A program made the position numbers and the translations under genes. The notes beneath the pieces were generated by a model, which saw only the letters and a program-made list of their open reading frames with translations, did not search any database and had not been told where the DNA came from. A DNA stretch of 63,022 nucleotides, the filler included, from Octopus bimaculoides (taxonomy: Eukaryota), in the NCBI RefSeq assembly GCF_001194135.2. It is 7 parts of 5 records of this genome, joined end to end, with 100 filler letters (N's around TTAATTAATTAA, not from the genome) between each part and the next. Parts side by side here need not be neighbours in the genome. Positions count along the whole stretch, not along the records: positions 22,761 to 43,593 come from NC_068988.1; 6 more parts are not named here. The stretch is one strand, 5' to 3'. Shown here piece after piece: positions 27,401 through 41,307 of this stretch. How positions within the stretch are numbered: position 1 is the stretch's first letter; every line of letters starts with the position of its first letter.

Positions 27401-27613
27401 CAGTCGCCCATGCATACCGGTCTCCCCTCTCCACACCACCAGTGTTATCCAAAGGAAAGGCAAAGGCTGATACAGCTTGGCACCTGTGACGTCGCAACTC
27501 ATTTCTACAGCTGAGTGAACTGGAACAACGTGAAATAAAGTGTCTTGCTCAAGAACACAACACGCAGCCCGGTTCAGGATTCGAACTCACAACCACCTTC
27601 ACTTTCATCATCA

Positions 27614-27961
27614 TTGGCACTCCGTCGCTTATGATGTCGAGGGTTCCATTTGATCTGATCAACGGAACAGCCTGCTCGTGAAATTAACGTGCAAGTGACT
27701 GAGCACTCCACAGACACGTGTACCCTTAACGTAGTTCTTGGGGATATTCAGCGTGATACAGTGTGACAAGGCTGGCCCCTTTGAAATACAGGCACAACAG
27801 AAACAGGAAGAAAGAGTGAGAGAAAGTTGTGGTGAAAGAGTACAGCAGGGTTCGCCACCATCCCCTGCCGGAGCCTTGTGGAGCTTTAGGTGTTTTCGCT
27901 CAATAAACACTCACAACGCCCGGTCTGGGAATCGAAACCGCGATCCTATGACCGCGAGTCC
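27614..27961 (-). mobile_element. SINE family B, adjacent to a truncated family E copy
   Basis: Reverse copy lacking the first ~30 nt of the head. Confidence 0.9.
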
Positions 27962-28516
27962 GTTGTGCCTCCACATTCATCATCAATATCATCATTATAA
28001 TATGCATTCACTAATACAATCATTACCATCACCTTACCATAAACACCACCACCACCACCACCACCACTGACCTTCACTGGCACATCAATACAACCACCAC
28101 TACCACCACCATCACTATCACCTCTGCTACCACCATTCTAACATAGTCTTGTCAGAACTACCGCCACCTTGCTACACAGCCCAGGGTGGGGCAGATGAGA
28201 AGTGAAATACATTGCAAGTAAACCCAACCACGTCTTAAAACACACAACCTTTATTGACATCTTAGAAGCGGAACAGTTTCCTTTTAAAAGTAATCACAGT
28301 CACATTGGTGCCCTGTGCGGGGTTTGTGTTTGTGGGGTACACTGGATATCTTTGATGACTTCCCTTAATTATCCTGACAAGGTCAACTTTATTGATTCAT
28401 CTACTTATGTTGTTTTTTTATGACCCTGAGTCACCCTTGATCCAACAGGACTATGATCAAAGACTTTCCAACTGTGGCCATGAAATCTATCTATGTACAT
28501 AATGTAGCTTTATACC

Positions 28517-28905
28517 AGGTGCCGGGATAGCTGTGTGGCAAGACGTTTGCCTCCCAACTACATGGTTCCAGGTTCAGTCCCACTGCATGGCACCTTGGGC
28601 AAGTGTCTTCTAATAAAGCCTCAGGCCAACCAGACCCTTGTGAGTGGATATAATAGATGGAAACTGAAAGAAGCTTGTCATTTCTATACATATACATGTG
28701 TGTGTGTGTGTGTGTCTTTGTGTCTGTGTTTATCCCACCATCACTCGACAACTGGTGTAGGTTTGTTTATGTCCCTATAACTTAGCAGTCCGACAAAATA
28801 AATCAATAGAATTAGTACCAGGCTTAAAAAATAAATACTGGAGCCGATTCATTTGACTAAAAATCCTTCATGGCTGTGCCCCAGCATGACCGAAGATAAA
28901 AGATA
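28517..28905 (+). mobile_element. SINE family A
   Basis: Near full-length diverged copy. Confidence 0.85.
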
Positions 28906-29614
28906 ATGCCTTCTTCCCATGTTTTCTTCTCAAAGAGTTCCTGCAGTTTTTCTACAGGGAGCAAAAAAGCATCTTTGGTATCCATTTCAACAACTTATTC
29001 CACCATATTGTAATTTGAGGGAGATTTATCTGATGTCTCTAACAGGTCAAATCAACCATTAAAAATTTCCTTGTTGGCATAGATTTACTATCAGGTAATG
29101 TTTCTCAGTGGGTGTCCTGAGTGGAGTGGTGCTGTGAGGATTGAAAAGAAGGCAAGCAAATTGCCCTGTTTAATAAAATTAAGATGGCTTTTTTTAAATG
29201 TTTTTAAATTCGACCAGCACTTTAGTGAATGGAGAAGAAATATAAGTAGCTAAGATTAGATATACAAGTAGTCTTGTCAGTGCAAATTTCAGTGCCTTGA
29301 CCTCACATCTCTGTTGCTCTTTCCAAATGGGGAAGCCATATATACATCTCCTCAGCAAGACACCTGCTCCTGGCCCTTTATTATATTTCCATATCTCTCA
29401 GTCCTATAGCCATTCAGTTGAAAGGTGCCTTAGTTTAAGTCTCCTGATTCTTGTTCAAAACAGGCCAATGTCAACTTTATTTTTCCTTCTTTTAGGTTTC
29501 CCAAAATAATTAAGTGCCAATCGGCAAGTACTGTCTGCAGATTCTATTAAATGTACAAAACGAAACATTTTAAATAACAATTCACTGTATAATGAAGCAA
29601 TGTGTGTACACACA

Positions 29615-29998
29615 TAGGTGCAGGAGTGGCTGTGTGGTAAGTAGCTTGCTTACCAACCACATGGTTCTGGGTTAAGTCCCACTGCGTGGCATCTTGGGCA
29701 GGTGTCTTCTACTATAGCCTCAGGCCGACCAAAGCCTTGTGAGTGGATTTGGTAGACGGAAACTAAAAGAAGCCCGTCATATGTATATGTGTGTGTGTCT
29801 GTGTTTGTTCCCCTAGCATTGCTTGACAACCAATGCTGGTATTTTTATGTCCCCATCACTTAGCGGTTCGGCAAAAGAGACCAATAGAATAAGTACTAGG
29901 CTTACAAAGAATAAGTCCCGGGTCGATTTGCTCAACTAAAGGTGGTGCTCCAGCATGGTCGCAGTCAAATGACTGAAACAAGTAAAAGAGTAAAGAGA
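29615..29998 (+). mobile_element. SINE family A
   Basis: Full-length copy. Confidence 0.9.
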
Positions 29999-32081
29999 GT
30001 ATATATTAGTGTGTGTGTGTGTGTGTGTGTTTGTGTGTATGCACACACACACAGTCCGGATACTTATTGATCAGACCTGTTTCTGTGTTGTGTGTATTGT
30101 TTTGCTTCTTTTCTGATTCTGCTTTGCCCTTTTTATTATAAGTAACTGTATAGTGACTTTATTTCTACCCTATATATATATTTATATATATATATATATA
30201 TATATACATACATATATACATACATATATATATACATATACACATGAACACATACACACACATGCATGTCATTTTATTGAATAGGAAAAAAAAAACAAAA
30301 GCAGAATGAATAATATACTCGAAACCATTTCTTTATTAAATGCAATAAACCCAAACAAAGCATATACACATCCACACACATATACACAAACACATGTGTG
30401 TAATGTTAGATTTAAGTAGTGAAATTAATCTTCAATGAATGCTATTAAACAATAGACTTTATTTTAATTAGAAAGCAACTTCTTAATCCCCAGAGCATAA
30501 TCAATAGCTCAACTTCTTGACACTCAAGGTAACAAAGAAAATTAAGGTCTCCTTAGAGAAATAATCCTTTACCAGGAGAATTGCTAGACCCTTATTTTAA
30601 AACTGCCCTTATTTGTTAATCCTATTAATTTAGGTTCAAATATACTATCAGCTACATTTTTGATTTGTGAAAATACCACTGAACCTTATTATGGTTTGAG
30701 GAGCTTTTTGGAGGAAAAAATGTATGTGTTTTCCAAATTAACCATTTTAGCCCTGAGTATAGGAAGATAACAAGAGCTCCACGACCAGAATACATAAAAA
30801 TGCACAGTTCTAAATAAGAATGGACTGAAAGTGAACTGCTAAATGAAAACATACTATATTAATGATCATCATCATCATCATCATCATCGTTTAACGTCCG
30901 CTTTCCATGCTAGCATGGGTTGGACGATTTGACTGAGGACTGGTGAAACCGGATGGCAACACCAGGCTCCAATCTAATTTGGCAGAGTTTCTACAGCTGG
31001 ATGCCCTTCCTAACGCCAACCACTCAGAGAGTGTAGTGGGTGCTTTTACGTGTCACCCGCACAATGATATAATCTGGAAATTAGTGAAGACACATGGCTA
31101 AGTGTTTTGAGTATTTGGCTCACGATTGTAAGGCCATGAGTTCAATTCCCAGTGGTGCATTGTGTCCTTGAGCAAGACACTTTATTTCTCATTGCTCCAG
31201 TTCACTCAACTGGCAAGAATGAGTAACCCTTTATTCAAAGTGGGGAGCCAGCAGAATTGTGAGCACACCGGGCAAAATGCTCACTGGTATTTCATCTGTC
31301 CTTACACTCTGAGTTCAAATTCCACCAAGGTCGACTTCACCTTTCATTATTTCGGGATCGATAAAATAAATACTGTTTAAACACTGGGGTCAATGTAATC
31401 TACTAGCCCCCACCCCCAAAATTAAATTTCAGGTTTTGTGCCTATAGTAGAAAGGATATATTATCTGGAAATCTGTGAATTTAGAAGCCACACCACATCA
31501 TTATCACCACTCTTGTCTACTGACTAAGTATCATGAGTCCTCATTTAGCTTTCATCTTTAACTTGTTTCAGTCATGCTGGAGCACCACCTTGAAGGGTTT
31601 AGTTGATGAAATCAACCCCAGTATTCATTTTAGCTGATCACCAATGTATGGTCTTTTTAGCTGATCACCAATGTATGGGGGGTATGAATAAATGAACAGT
31701 GGTTGTCAAATGCAAAGACATACAAACATACATACACATATGTATATACAGGACAGACTTGCACATTTTCTTTACGTTCTGGGTTCAAATTCCGCTGGGG
31801 TTGGCTTTGCCTTTCATACTTTCGGGGTTGATAAATTAAGTACCAGTGGCATGTGAGGTCCATCTACTCGACTGGCCCCCTGTTCAAAAATTTCGGGCCT
31901 TGTGCCTAGAGTAGAAAAGACTTCCACACAGTTTCTGTCTACCAAATTCACTCATTAATTGTCCTGGGGCTATAGAGAAGACACCTACTAATCAAATTAG
32001 CTTGTAATAACTTTGAAATAATAGCAATAAATACACACACACACACATGTGCACACAGACACACACACACACCTTTTATTA

Positions 32082-32457
32082 TTTACTTGTTTCAGTCATT
32101 AGACTGTGGCCATGCTGGGGCACCACCTTGAAGAGGTTTTAGTCAGATGAATCGATCCCAGAACTTATTTTTTTAAAGCCTGGTACTTATTCTATCAGTC
32201 CCTTTTTGCCTAACTGCTAAGTTACAGGGACATAAACACACCAACACTGGTTGTCAAGTGGTGATAGAGGACAAACACACACACACACACACACACATGA
32301 CAACTTTTTTCAGTTTGTGCCTACCAAACCACTTACAAGGTGTTGGTTAGCCTGAGGTTATAGTAGAAGACACCTGCCCAAGGTGCCATGCAGTGGGACT
32401 GAACCCAGAACCATGTGGTTGAGAAATAAGCTTCTCACAACACAATCATGCCTATAT
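32082..32457 (-). mobile_element. SINE family A
   Basis: Full-length diverged copy. Confidence 0.85.
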
Positions 32458-34742
32458 ATTTGTATCTGTAATAAAATACTTTTTTCATAATGACTGTAAT
32501 AGCCTACTGTTGCAAGATTTGAACCTGTGATCATATCTTAAACAATTTAACACCACTCATCAACCAGAAATATATTTAAAATCAGCAATTTAATATTATT
32601 TTAAAATCTTGGACAAAATACCACAAATCCATGGTCACATTTTTCCCCTCTAACTTTGGAATTTATTGATCTAAAAGTAAAGGAAAATTTCCAAATATTT
32701 TTTTCTACAAGAAGAAAAAAAGCAACAATAAAACTTTACAAATCATTGATTTTATTTCTTGTTTTCACATATCAAATTGTTACCTACACACACACACACA
32801 CAGACATACACACTCACACAAGCATGCATGCACTCACACACACACACATATATACATGCATATACACACAGTCAAGTTCACATGAAATCTATCTCACCTT
32901 ATTGATTAAACACAAAGGTTCAAGGAGTAGAAATCTTTGATCTCCTCTTTAGCAAGAGAAAAAAATTTAAAGAAAGAAAGAAAGAAAGAAATAAAGAAGG
33001 AAAGAAAAAGGGCCATAGACACACATTAGGAAATTCTTTGATCTTGATGTGATGTGATGGTTTGTTGTGAATTGTGAAACTAAATAAAGTAAAACAATAT
33101 TAACCTCCCCCATACACACACTCATACACACACACAATCAAAGATCGCAATGAAAGAATTTGAAGATTGATTTATCTTCTTATCTTTGAGTGATTTCTGT
33201 GGGGCTTTTGTTTTATTTTAAAATTTTGTTGTCTGTTTTTCCTCGTTGGTAAAGACTGATTAGTTAAAATCCAGTATTCTACGAGCTTCCACTGCTTAAA
33301 CAGGTTTTGTGATAATGTCCTTGGTCACCTTACCCTACTTCTCTTGGATCTGGAATCTTTAACAGAACTTCTGTATTTCAAATTGGAGAATAATCCTTTC
33401 CACTAAAGGCACAAGGCTTGAAATTTGGTAGAAGTGAGACTAATTGATTACATCGACCCAACTGGCATTTTATTTATCTACTCCAAAAAGATGAAAGCCA
33501 AAGCTGACCTCGGTGGAATTAGAACTCGCAAGGTAAAAACAGACAAAGTGTCACTAAGCATTTTGCCAGGTGTGCAAACGATTCTGCCAGCTTGTTGCCT
33601 TATAAATGGGAAATGTATAGACTGCATGACTCCTAGGCATAGGAGTGGCTGTGTGGTAAGTAGCTTGCTTACCAACCACATGNNNNNNNNNNNNNNNNNN
33701 NNNNNNNNNNNNNNNNNNNNNNNNNNNNNNNNNNNNNNNNNNNNNNNNNNNNNNNNNNNNNNNNNNNNNNNNNNNNNNNNNNNNNNNNNNNNNNNNNNNN
33801 NNNNNNNNNNNNNNNNNNNNNNNNNNNNNNNNNNNNNNNNNNNNNNNNNNNNNNNNNNNNNNNNNNNNNNNNNNNNNNNNNNNNNNNNNNNNNNNNNNNN
33901 NNNNNNNNNNNNNNNNNNNNNNNNNNNNNNNNNNNNNNNNNNNNNNNNNNNNNNNNNNNNNNNNNNNNNNNNNNNNNNNNNNNNNNNNNNNNNNNNNNNN
34001 NNNNNNNNNNNNNNNNNNNNNNNNNNNNNNNNNNNNNNNNNNNNNNNNNNNNNNNNNNNNNNNNNNNNNNNNNNNNNNNNNNNNNNNNNNNNNNNNNNNN
34101 NNNNNNNNNNNNNNNNNNNNNNNNNNNNNNNNNNNNNNNNNNNNNNNNNNNNNNNNNNNNNNNNNNNNNNNNNNNNNNNNNNNNNNNNNNNNNNNNNNNN
34201 NNNNNNNNNNNNNNNNNNNNNNNNNNNNNNNNNNNNNNNNNNNNNNNNNNNNNNNNNNNNNNNNNNNNNNNNNNNNNNNNNNNNNNNNNNNNNNNNNNNN
34301 NNNNNNNNNNNNNNNNNNNNNNNNNNNNNNNNNNNNNNNNNNNNNNNATAGGCGTAGGAGTGGCTGTGTGGTAAGTAGCTTGCTTACGAACCACATATAG
34401 GTATGTATGTGCATGTGTGCATGTGTTTGTGTGTACCCTTGTCTAAGACATCACATGATGATTGTAAACGATCCTCATTGTCATAAAGTGAAGTTGTTTT
34501 TACCAATCTTCTGCAAAAGACTTGCCTAGCTATGGGGAGATATTTATTACCTTGATTAATTACAGGTGAGGGTAAACAATAGGTTGTAAAATATCTGCCA
34601 AAACAGAAATCCTAACTCAGGTAAGCATGGAAAAATAGATGTTAAATGATGATGACAATGATTAGCATCATCATCATCATCATCATCATCATGAGTTCTG
34701 TCTGAAACATTCAATTTTGTCTTTTTCACATTTCAGCAGATA

Positions 34743-34967
34743 CAGTAATCCCTCGATTATCATGAGTGTTATGTTCCAAAATTGCCCCGTGATAAGTGAA
34801 GATCCATGAAGTAGAAACAGTACTGTACTGTATATTTTTTTTTTATTATTTTTATAATTTGCATATATTTATCTTATTATAAATGCAAAACAACACAAAA
34901 GAGAAATCAACGGAAGCTTAAATAATAAACCACGATAGGTAGACCGCGATATGACAAGGGATTACTG
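34743..34967. mobile_element. Tigger-like MITE
   Basis: TIR CAGTAATCCCT...AGGGATTACTG flanked by TA on both sides. Confidence 0.8.
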
Positions 34968-35107
34968 TATAGTAATACTGAAAATAATGTAATTATACTA
35001 TTTAATACAAGGTGTATTAAAAAATTAACCAGAAACAATTAATGATTATTCCTCTTAGGGCACACCTATTTAAAAATGATAATTAAGTTAATGTTAGCAT
35101 ATCTAAC

Positions 35108-35496
35108 GTGGAGGCGCAATGGCCCAGTGGTTAGGGCAATGGACTCGCGGTCATAGGATTGTGGTTTTGATTCCCGGACCGGGCATTGTGAGTTTTTATT
35201 GAGCGAAAACACCTAAATCTCCACGAGGCTCCGGCAGGGGATGGTGGCGAACCCTGCTGTACTCTTTCACCACAACTTTTTCTCACTCTTACTTCCTGTT
35301 TCTGTTGTGCCTGTAATTCAAAGGGTCAGCCTTGTCACACTGTGTCACGCTGAATATCCCCGAGAACTACGTTAAGGGTACACGTGTCTGTGGAGTGCTC
35401 AACCACTTGCACGTTAATTTCACGAGCAGGCTGTTCCGTTGATTGGATCAACTGGAACCCTCGACGTCATAAGCGACAGAGTGCCAACAACAACAA
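35108..35496 (+). mobile_element. SINE family B
   Basis: Full-length copy. Confidence 0.9.
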
Positions 35497-35542
35497 GCAT
35501 ATCTAATGCTAAGAGTATTAAAAAGCTATCTAGAAACATCTA

Positions 35543-35746
35543 AGAGGAGTGCTGAAAAGTTCCTGGCTTTAAGGGTATTGCAAAAGGCCCAACCTTCTGA
35601 ATTCTTTTACAGGGCTTAAACAAACTGAAGGACCGCTGCAATAAATGTGTGAATCTGGGAGGGGAATATGTTGAATAAAATCATAATTAACTGATCCTCC
35701 TGTATTTTCTTTTACTCAAAAACAGGAAATTTTCAGCACCCCTTCA
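35543..35746 (+). mobile_element. Second mariner MITE (different family)
   Basis: Imperfect TIRs G(A/G)GTGCTGAAAA(G/T)TTCCTG near TA dinucleotides; retains GLNKLKDRCNKCVNLGGEYVE*. Confidence 0.8.
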
Positions 35747-36259
35747 TATGTGGTGAGACAGATAGACAGATATAGACAGATAACATTGAAATACAGGAAG
35801 CCTTGTAAAGTTAAATAGCATAATTTATGTAGTGAGACAGACAGACATAGTTACTTAATATTAATGAATTTAATAAAGATTGTATTTAAAAAACTAATTA
35901 GAAAAATACAATATTAGTCATTAACTAGTATTATTTTAATTATTTCAGCAACAATGGAAGACCACATTAAATGTTGTATGGTCACTCATTGTGACATTGT
36001 CTGTGAATCATGGCCTTCTCCATATTCGCTGAACTAATGATGAGAGAACCAGTAAATAAATATACAAGATTGTATGCTGGTTACTATGGACATAACATGG
36101 ATGAATGGTTAAGAAGTTTGGCTTCGCAGTCACCAAGTCCTAGGATCAATTCCACAGTATGGCATGTTGAACAAGTACCTTTTACCATAGCTTTGGAGTG
36201 ACCCAAGGCTACTGAGTGAAATTGGATAGATGGAAACTATGTGAATCTTATCAGATATA

Positions 36260-36488
36260 TTGGGTTGTCCGGAAAGTTCATGCCGATTTATAGTAGCTTA
36301 CCTTTCGACTTATTTGCCATGAATACACCTCGATTCTGGGAAGAGGGTATTTTTAAGTTAAAGGAAAGATGGAGACGCATTGTGCAACAAAATGGTTCAT
36401 ATTTGGTTAATTAAATGTAATGGCAAGTATTTATTGACCTTTTTTTTTTTTCCTTTAAAAATCGGCACGAACTTTCCGGACAACCCAA
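36260..36488 (+). mobile_element. Mariner MITE or internal-deletion derivative
   Basis: TIRs TTGGGTTGTCCGGAAAGTTC(A/G)TGCCGATT, TA flanks, and transposase C-terminus FWEEGIFKLKERWRRIVQQNGSYLVN*. Confidence 0.9.
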
Positions 36489-36956
36489 TATTTTAGCTGT
36501 ATTATAAATATCCAGCCTTGTCACATACTGTACTTCATAATAATTCTACTAAAGAATTATTTTAAGGGTTTGTGGAAGTTTCTGTCAGGTCGCATGGTAA
36601 ATCAATGAGATGGTAATTCCTGTGGTTTGATCAACATTAGTGAGGCTTGAATGCAATTTGCAAGACCATGAACCCCGAGGGGGTACCTTTATGCTAGGGA
36701 ATGAGAGACAAAAGTGGGTAAATGTATGACAGAAGGGGCCAACGCAGAACAGGTTTCATACTGTAGAGGAACTAAGTGACTGCTCAATTTCAGATGAGAG
36801 GCTCAAAGTGATCAATAAAGAGCCATTATACAGGCCACCACCAACATGGTTTATTGTGTACTTCAACAGAGGTTTGCTTATTTTATACAAATACTTTATA
36901 TATCATTATCTCCAATTCCAATTCTTTCAGGCTTTAATATAGAAAATAATATAGTG

Positions 36957-37295
36957 AAGGCACATGGCTCAGTGGTTAGAGCATTGGGCTCACAAACAAG
37001 AGGTAATGAGTTCAATTCCCGGACTGGGCTGTGTGTTGTATTCTTGAACAAGACACTTTATTTCACATTGCTCCAGTTCACTCAGCTGTAGAAATGAGTT
37101 GCGACATCACTGGTGCCAAGCTGTATCGGCCTTTGCCTTTCCCTTGGATAACATTGGTGGCATGGAAAGGCGAGGCTGTTATGCATGGGCAACTGCCGGT
37201 CTTCTGGGCAACTACCGGTCTTCTGGGCAACTACCGGCAACTGTTATGCATAGGCAATTGCCGGTCTTGCCCAGACTTGTGCCTCAAAGGATAAC
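36957..37295 (+). mobile_element. SINE family E (tRNA head plus CORE-like TTGAGCAAGACACTTTA domain) with an internal tandem expansion
   Basis: Reverse copies at 27310-27595, 44644-44965 and 45955-46135; GGGCAACT(G/A)CCGGTCTTCT repeats at 37185-37270. Confidence 0.75.
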
Positions 37296-37525
37296 TTTCT
37301 AGTCCCCTATTCATTCATGATTGAAGGGAGTCTTTTATTATTTGTCCTTATAGTCATACATACAAGAATAGACAGAAAACTGAGCCAGGAACTAGCTTAT
37401 AATTTTTCATTGAGGCACACGAAAATTCTGAACACCAGCATGCATACACACACACACACACACACAGACCACAGATATGCATGTTCTTATAGACAAACAC
37501 ATATCCATGTGCACACAAACATATA

Positions 37526-37687
37526 CGCTAGGAGTAGCTGTGTGGTAAGTAGTTTGCTTACCAACCACATGGTTCCGGGTTCAGTCCCACTGTGTGGCAC
37601 CTTGGGCAAGTGTCTTTTACTATAGCCTCGGGCCAGCCAAAGCCTTGCGAGTGGATTTGGTAGACAGAATCTGAAAGAAGCCCATCG

Positions 37688-37744
<57 letters not shown>

Positions 37745-37922
37745 GTATGCATGTGCATGTGTATATTTGTGTGTCTGTGTTTGTCACCCCAACATCACTT
37801 GACAACCGATGCTGGTGTGTTTACGTCCCCATAACTTAGCAGTTTGGCAAAAAAGACCAATAGAATACGTACTAGGTTTACAAAGAATAAGTCCTGGGGT
37901 CGATTTCCTCGACTAAAGGTGG
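37526..37922 (+). mobile_element. SINE family A
   Basis: Near full-length copy. Confidence 0.85.
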
Positions 37923-37952
37923 TGCATGCACACACAAACACACACACAGACT

Positions 37953-37985
<33 letters not shown>

Positions 37986-38419
37986 ACACAAACATACACG
38001 CACACAAACAAAGAAACAAACATGTCTCTTCTCGTTATAGTGTATCAGCTTACAATGATCATAAGTAATTTACATAATCCTTTGTGAATACCTGTAATTA
38101 CCTGTAATTATACAAGCACACAGGAATAATCAAAGAACTGACATGATTATATGTAAGTGGAAGCACTCAGTGTGTTCAATTTGTCAAATAAAGACAACCG
38201 ACCAATTCATCTTATGCCTTTGTGAAATTTGGAAGAAATTTGAGAAATCATTCAATGCATTTCCAAAACAGGTCAGTCTAAAGGTTTGGGTTACCGTAGC
38301 TATGTTTTGGAACTGTACAGATACCATTTGAATGCATTTTACACTGTGTGTAATAAGTACTCTGAATTAAATTATAAAGTTTTCATAGCTTGCTAAATGT
38401 AATGCAAGATGAATAACTT

Positions 38420-39057
38420 GATATATATATATATAGAGAGAGAGAGAGAAAGAGAGAGGAGGGGAAGAGAAGAGAGAGAGAGAAAGAGAGAGGAGAGGAA
38501 GAGAAGAGAGAGGGGAAAGAAATAGGTGGTGAGAGTGTGTGTGTAAATTATATAAACAGATAGATTGATAAATAGATAGATTTATAGATAGATAGACAGA
38601 CAGACTGGCTGACTGACAGACAGAGAGACCGACAAACAGACTGTCAGATAGATAGATAGATAGATAGGTAGGTAGGTAGATAGATAGATAGATAGATAGA
38701 TAGGTAGGTAGGTAGGTAGATAGGTAGATAGGCATGTAGGCAAAGAGAGAGCGAGAGAGAGGGGTGGGTAAACAAATAGATAAACACATGGACAGGCAGA
38801 CTGACGGACAGACAGACAGACAAGCTGGTAAAGCAATGGATAAAGAGAAAGGAGAGATATGCTTACAGACCGACAGGTAAGCAGACAGTCAGACAGACAG
38901 GCATACAGACAGAGAGATAGACAGATAAATAAACAGTCTGATGGACTGATAGGTAAACAAACTGATCGATAGTCAGATATGCAAATAGATATATAGACAG
39001 ACAGACAGAAAGAAAGAAAGGAAGAAAGAAAGACAGAAAGTGAGACAGACAGACAGG

Positions 39058-39097
<40 letters not shown>

Positions 39098-39110
39098 TAG
39101 ATATATAGAT

Positions 39111-39167
<57 letters not shown>

Positions 39168-39220
39168 TAGACAGACACATAGACAGATAGACAGACAGAC
39201 AGACAGACAGACATACAGAC

Positions 39221-39255
<35 letters not shown>

Positions 39256-39360
39256 CAGACAGATAGAGATAGACAGAGACAGACGGATAGACAGACAGAC
39301 GAGCAGGCAGACAGACAGACAGACAGACAGGTTTGCATAAATAGTGAGAAAATAGACAGA
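38420..39360 (+). repeat. Compound (GA)n/(GATA)n/(GACA)n microsatellite
   Basis: Directly visible. Confidence 0.95.
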
Positions 39361-39599
39361 CAAATAGAAAACTACTAGCTATAAAGTTAGAATACACTCA
39401 CATTAGCTCTATATATACTTTCTGTTCAGACAACTAGTGTAGAATGACCAACAGGCTTCTACAAGACTACTTAAATTAAGAGGCATCAAAAAATAAGGCT
39501 GGTTCATAGGTGAGTCAATGAATGGTTGATGGTGTTGGGGTGGGGGGTGTCCTTTTATTTGTGTATTAATTCAGGTAGTTAAAATAACAACTTATTCAC

Positions 39600-39689
39600 C
39601 TGCCTAGAATAACAAAATACATCTATTCTCAAGAGGCACTCCTTATCATTATCAACCAATGAACTGGTAGAAGGATATACATGGAATAG
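39600..39689 (-). CDS. Candidate 90-nt symmetric exon LFHVYPSTSSLVDNDKECLLRIDVFCYSRQ
   Basis: Minus-strand acceptor gtcttttacaatcag, open phase 0-0 frame, donor cag|gtgaat. No confirmed partner exons. Confidence 0.25.
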
Positions 39690-40746
39690 CTGATTGTAAA
39701 AGACACTACAACATACACACACACACATGTGCGCGCACACACACACACACAGACACACACACACACACACACACACATGCACATGCATATATGCATAAAA
39801 ATAAACAAGTGTTTAAAGGTGTGTTTGTGCATATATCTATATATGCATTTACATTCATAAATATATATGCATGTAGCTGTGTGGTAAGGAGCTTGTTTCC
39901 CAACCACATAGTTCTGGGTTCAGTCTCACAGCATGACACCTTTGGCAAGTGTCTTCTACTATAGCCTCAGGCCAACCAAAGCTTTGTGAGTGGATTTGGT
40001 AGGTGGAAACTGAGAGAAACCTGTTGCATATATACATATATATCCCATGCCGGTGACACGTGTAAAGCACCATTCGAGCGTGACCGTTGCCAGTGTTGCC
40101 TTACCGGTACATGTGCCGGTGGCACATGAAAAACAACATTCGAGCGTGGTCATTGCCAGTGCCGCCGGACTGGCTCTTGTGCAGGTAGCATGTAAAAACA
40201 CCTCTATAACCAACACCGTAATGACATAATTACAACATCAAAATGCAAGATAGAATCACGGTAATAATGTAAGACAAGGGAATCCGAGAAAACTGGTGGT
40301 GGTCTGTGTCAGGAATAAAATTATTCTGGTGAAGTATATCAGTTTGGATATGTTTGCATGTCATGAGGACAAAAGGAAACTGATACTTGGGGGCTGACCC
40401 TTTGTGTAAGAGAGAAGAGACCCTTTCAAGTGAATTTGTGTTTTTCTTTTGTTTGTTGGTCACATGATATGTTGTTGTTGTTGTCTGCTCTTTCCATTTG
40501 GTCACATTATATAGATTGTTTAGTTGCTCAATGTGTAAACAAATAATCTCCCCACCACTCTCTCTCTCTCTCTCTCCCTCTCCCTCTCTCTCCTTTTCTT
40601 TTCCGATTCAGCTACATTTTCTGCTGTTTTGTTTCTTCTCCTTATTATGCTTATCCTTGACTTCCCCCTAATACACTTGCTTCCTCTTTCTTCTCCCTTT
40701 TCTGGTGTTGCTGTTTTTGCTTTTGGTAGGCAGCGGGTCTTGAAAA

Positions 40747-40818
<72 letters not shown>

Positions 40819-41018
40819 NNNNNNNNNNNNNNNNNNNNNNNNNNNNNNNNNNNNNNNNNNNNNNNNNNNNNNNNNNNNNNNNNNNNNNNNNNNNNNNNNN
40901 NNNNNNNNNNNNNNNNNNNNNNNNNNNNNNNNNNNNNNNNNNNNNNNNNNNNNNNNNNNNNNNNNNNNNNNNNNNNNNNNNNNNNNNNNNNNNNNNNNNN
41001 NNNNNNNNNNNNNNNNNN

Positions 41019-41307
41019 ACTCCACAGACATGTGTACCCTTAACGTAGTTCTCGGGGATATTCAGCGAGACACAGTGTGACAAGGCTGACCCTTTGAATT
41101 ACAGGCACTACAGAAACAGGAAGTAAGAGTGAGAGAAAGTTGTGGTGAAAGAGTACAGCAGGGTTCGCCACCACCCCCTGCCAGAGCCTCGTGGAGCTTT
41201 AGGTGTTTTTGCTCAATAAACACTCACAACGCCCGGTCTGGGAATCGAAACCGCAATCCTATGACCGCGAGTCCGCTGCTCTAAGCACTGGGCCATTGTG
41301 CCTCCAC
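41019..41307 (-). mobile_element. SINE family B (cut by gap)
   Basis: 5' three-quarters present. Confidence 0.85.

Noticed and set aside
33300-33410. LRR-like peptide LESLTELLYFKLENNPF
   Set aside because: The NNPF part comes from the tail of the adjacent SINE, and the frame stops immediately after.
25200-36900. Several exon-like stretches (about 25.2, 29.5, 30.7, 33.3, 36.0 and 36.7 kb)
   Set aside because: Open runs of 30-60 codons are expected by chance, and I could not build a consistent spliced frame with recognisable homology.
38367-39397. YLSI/CLSV-repeat ORFs up to 271 aa
   Set aside because: Translation of the GATA/GACA array.
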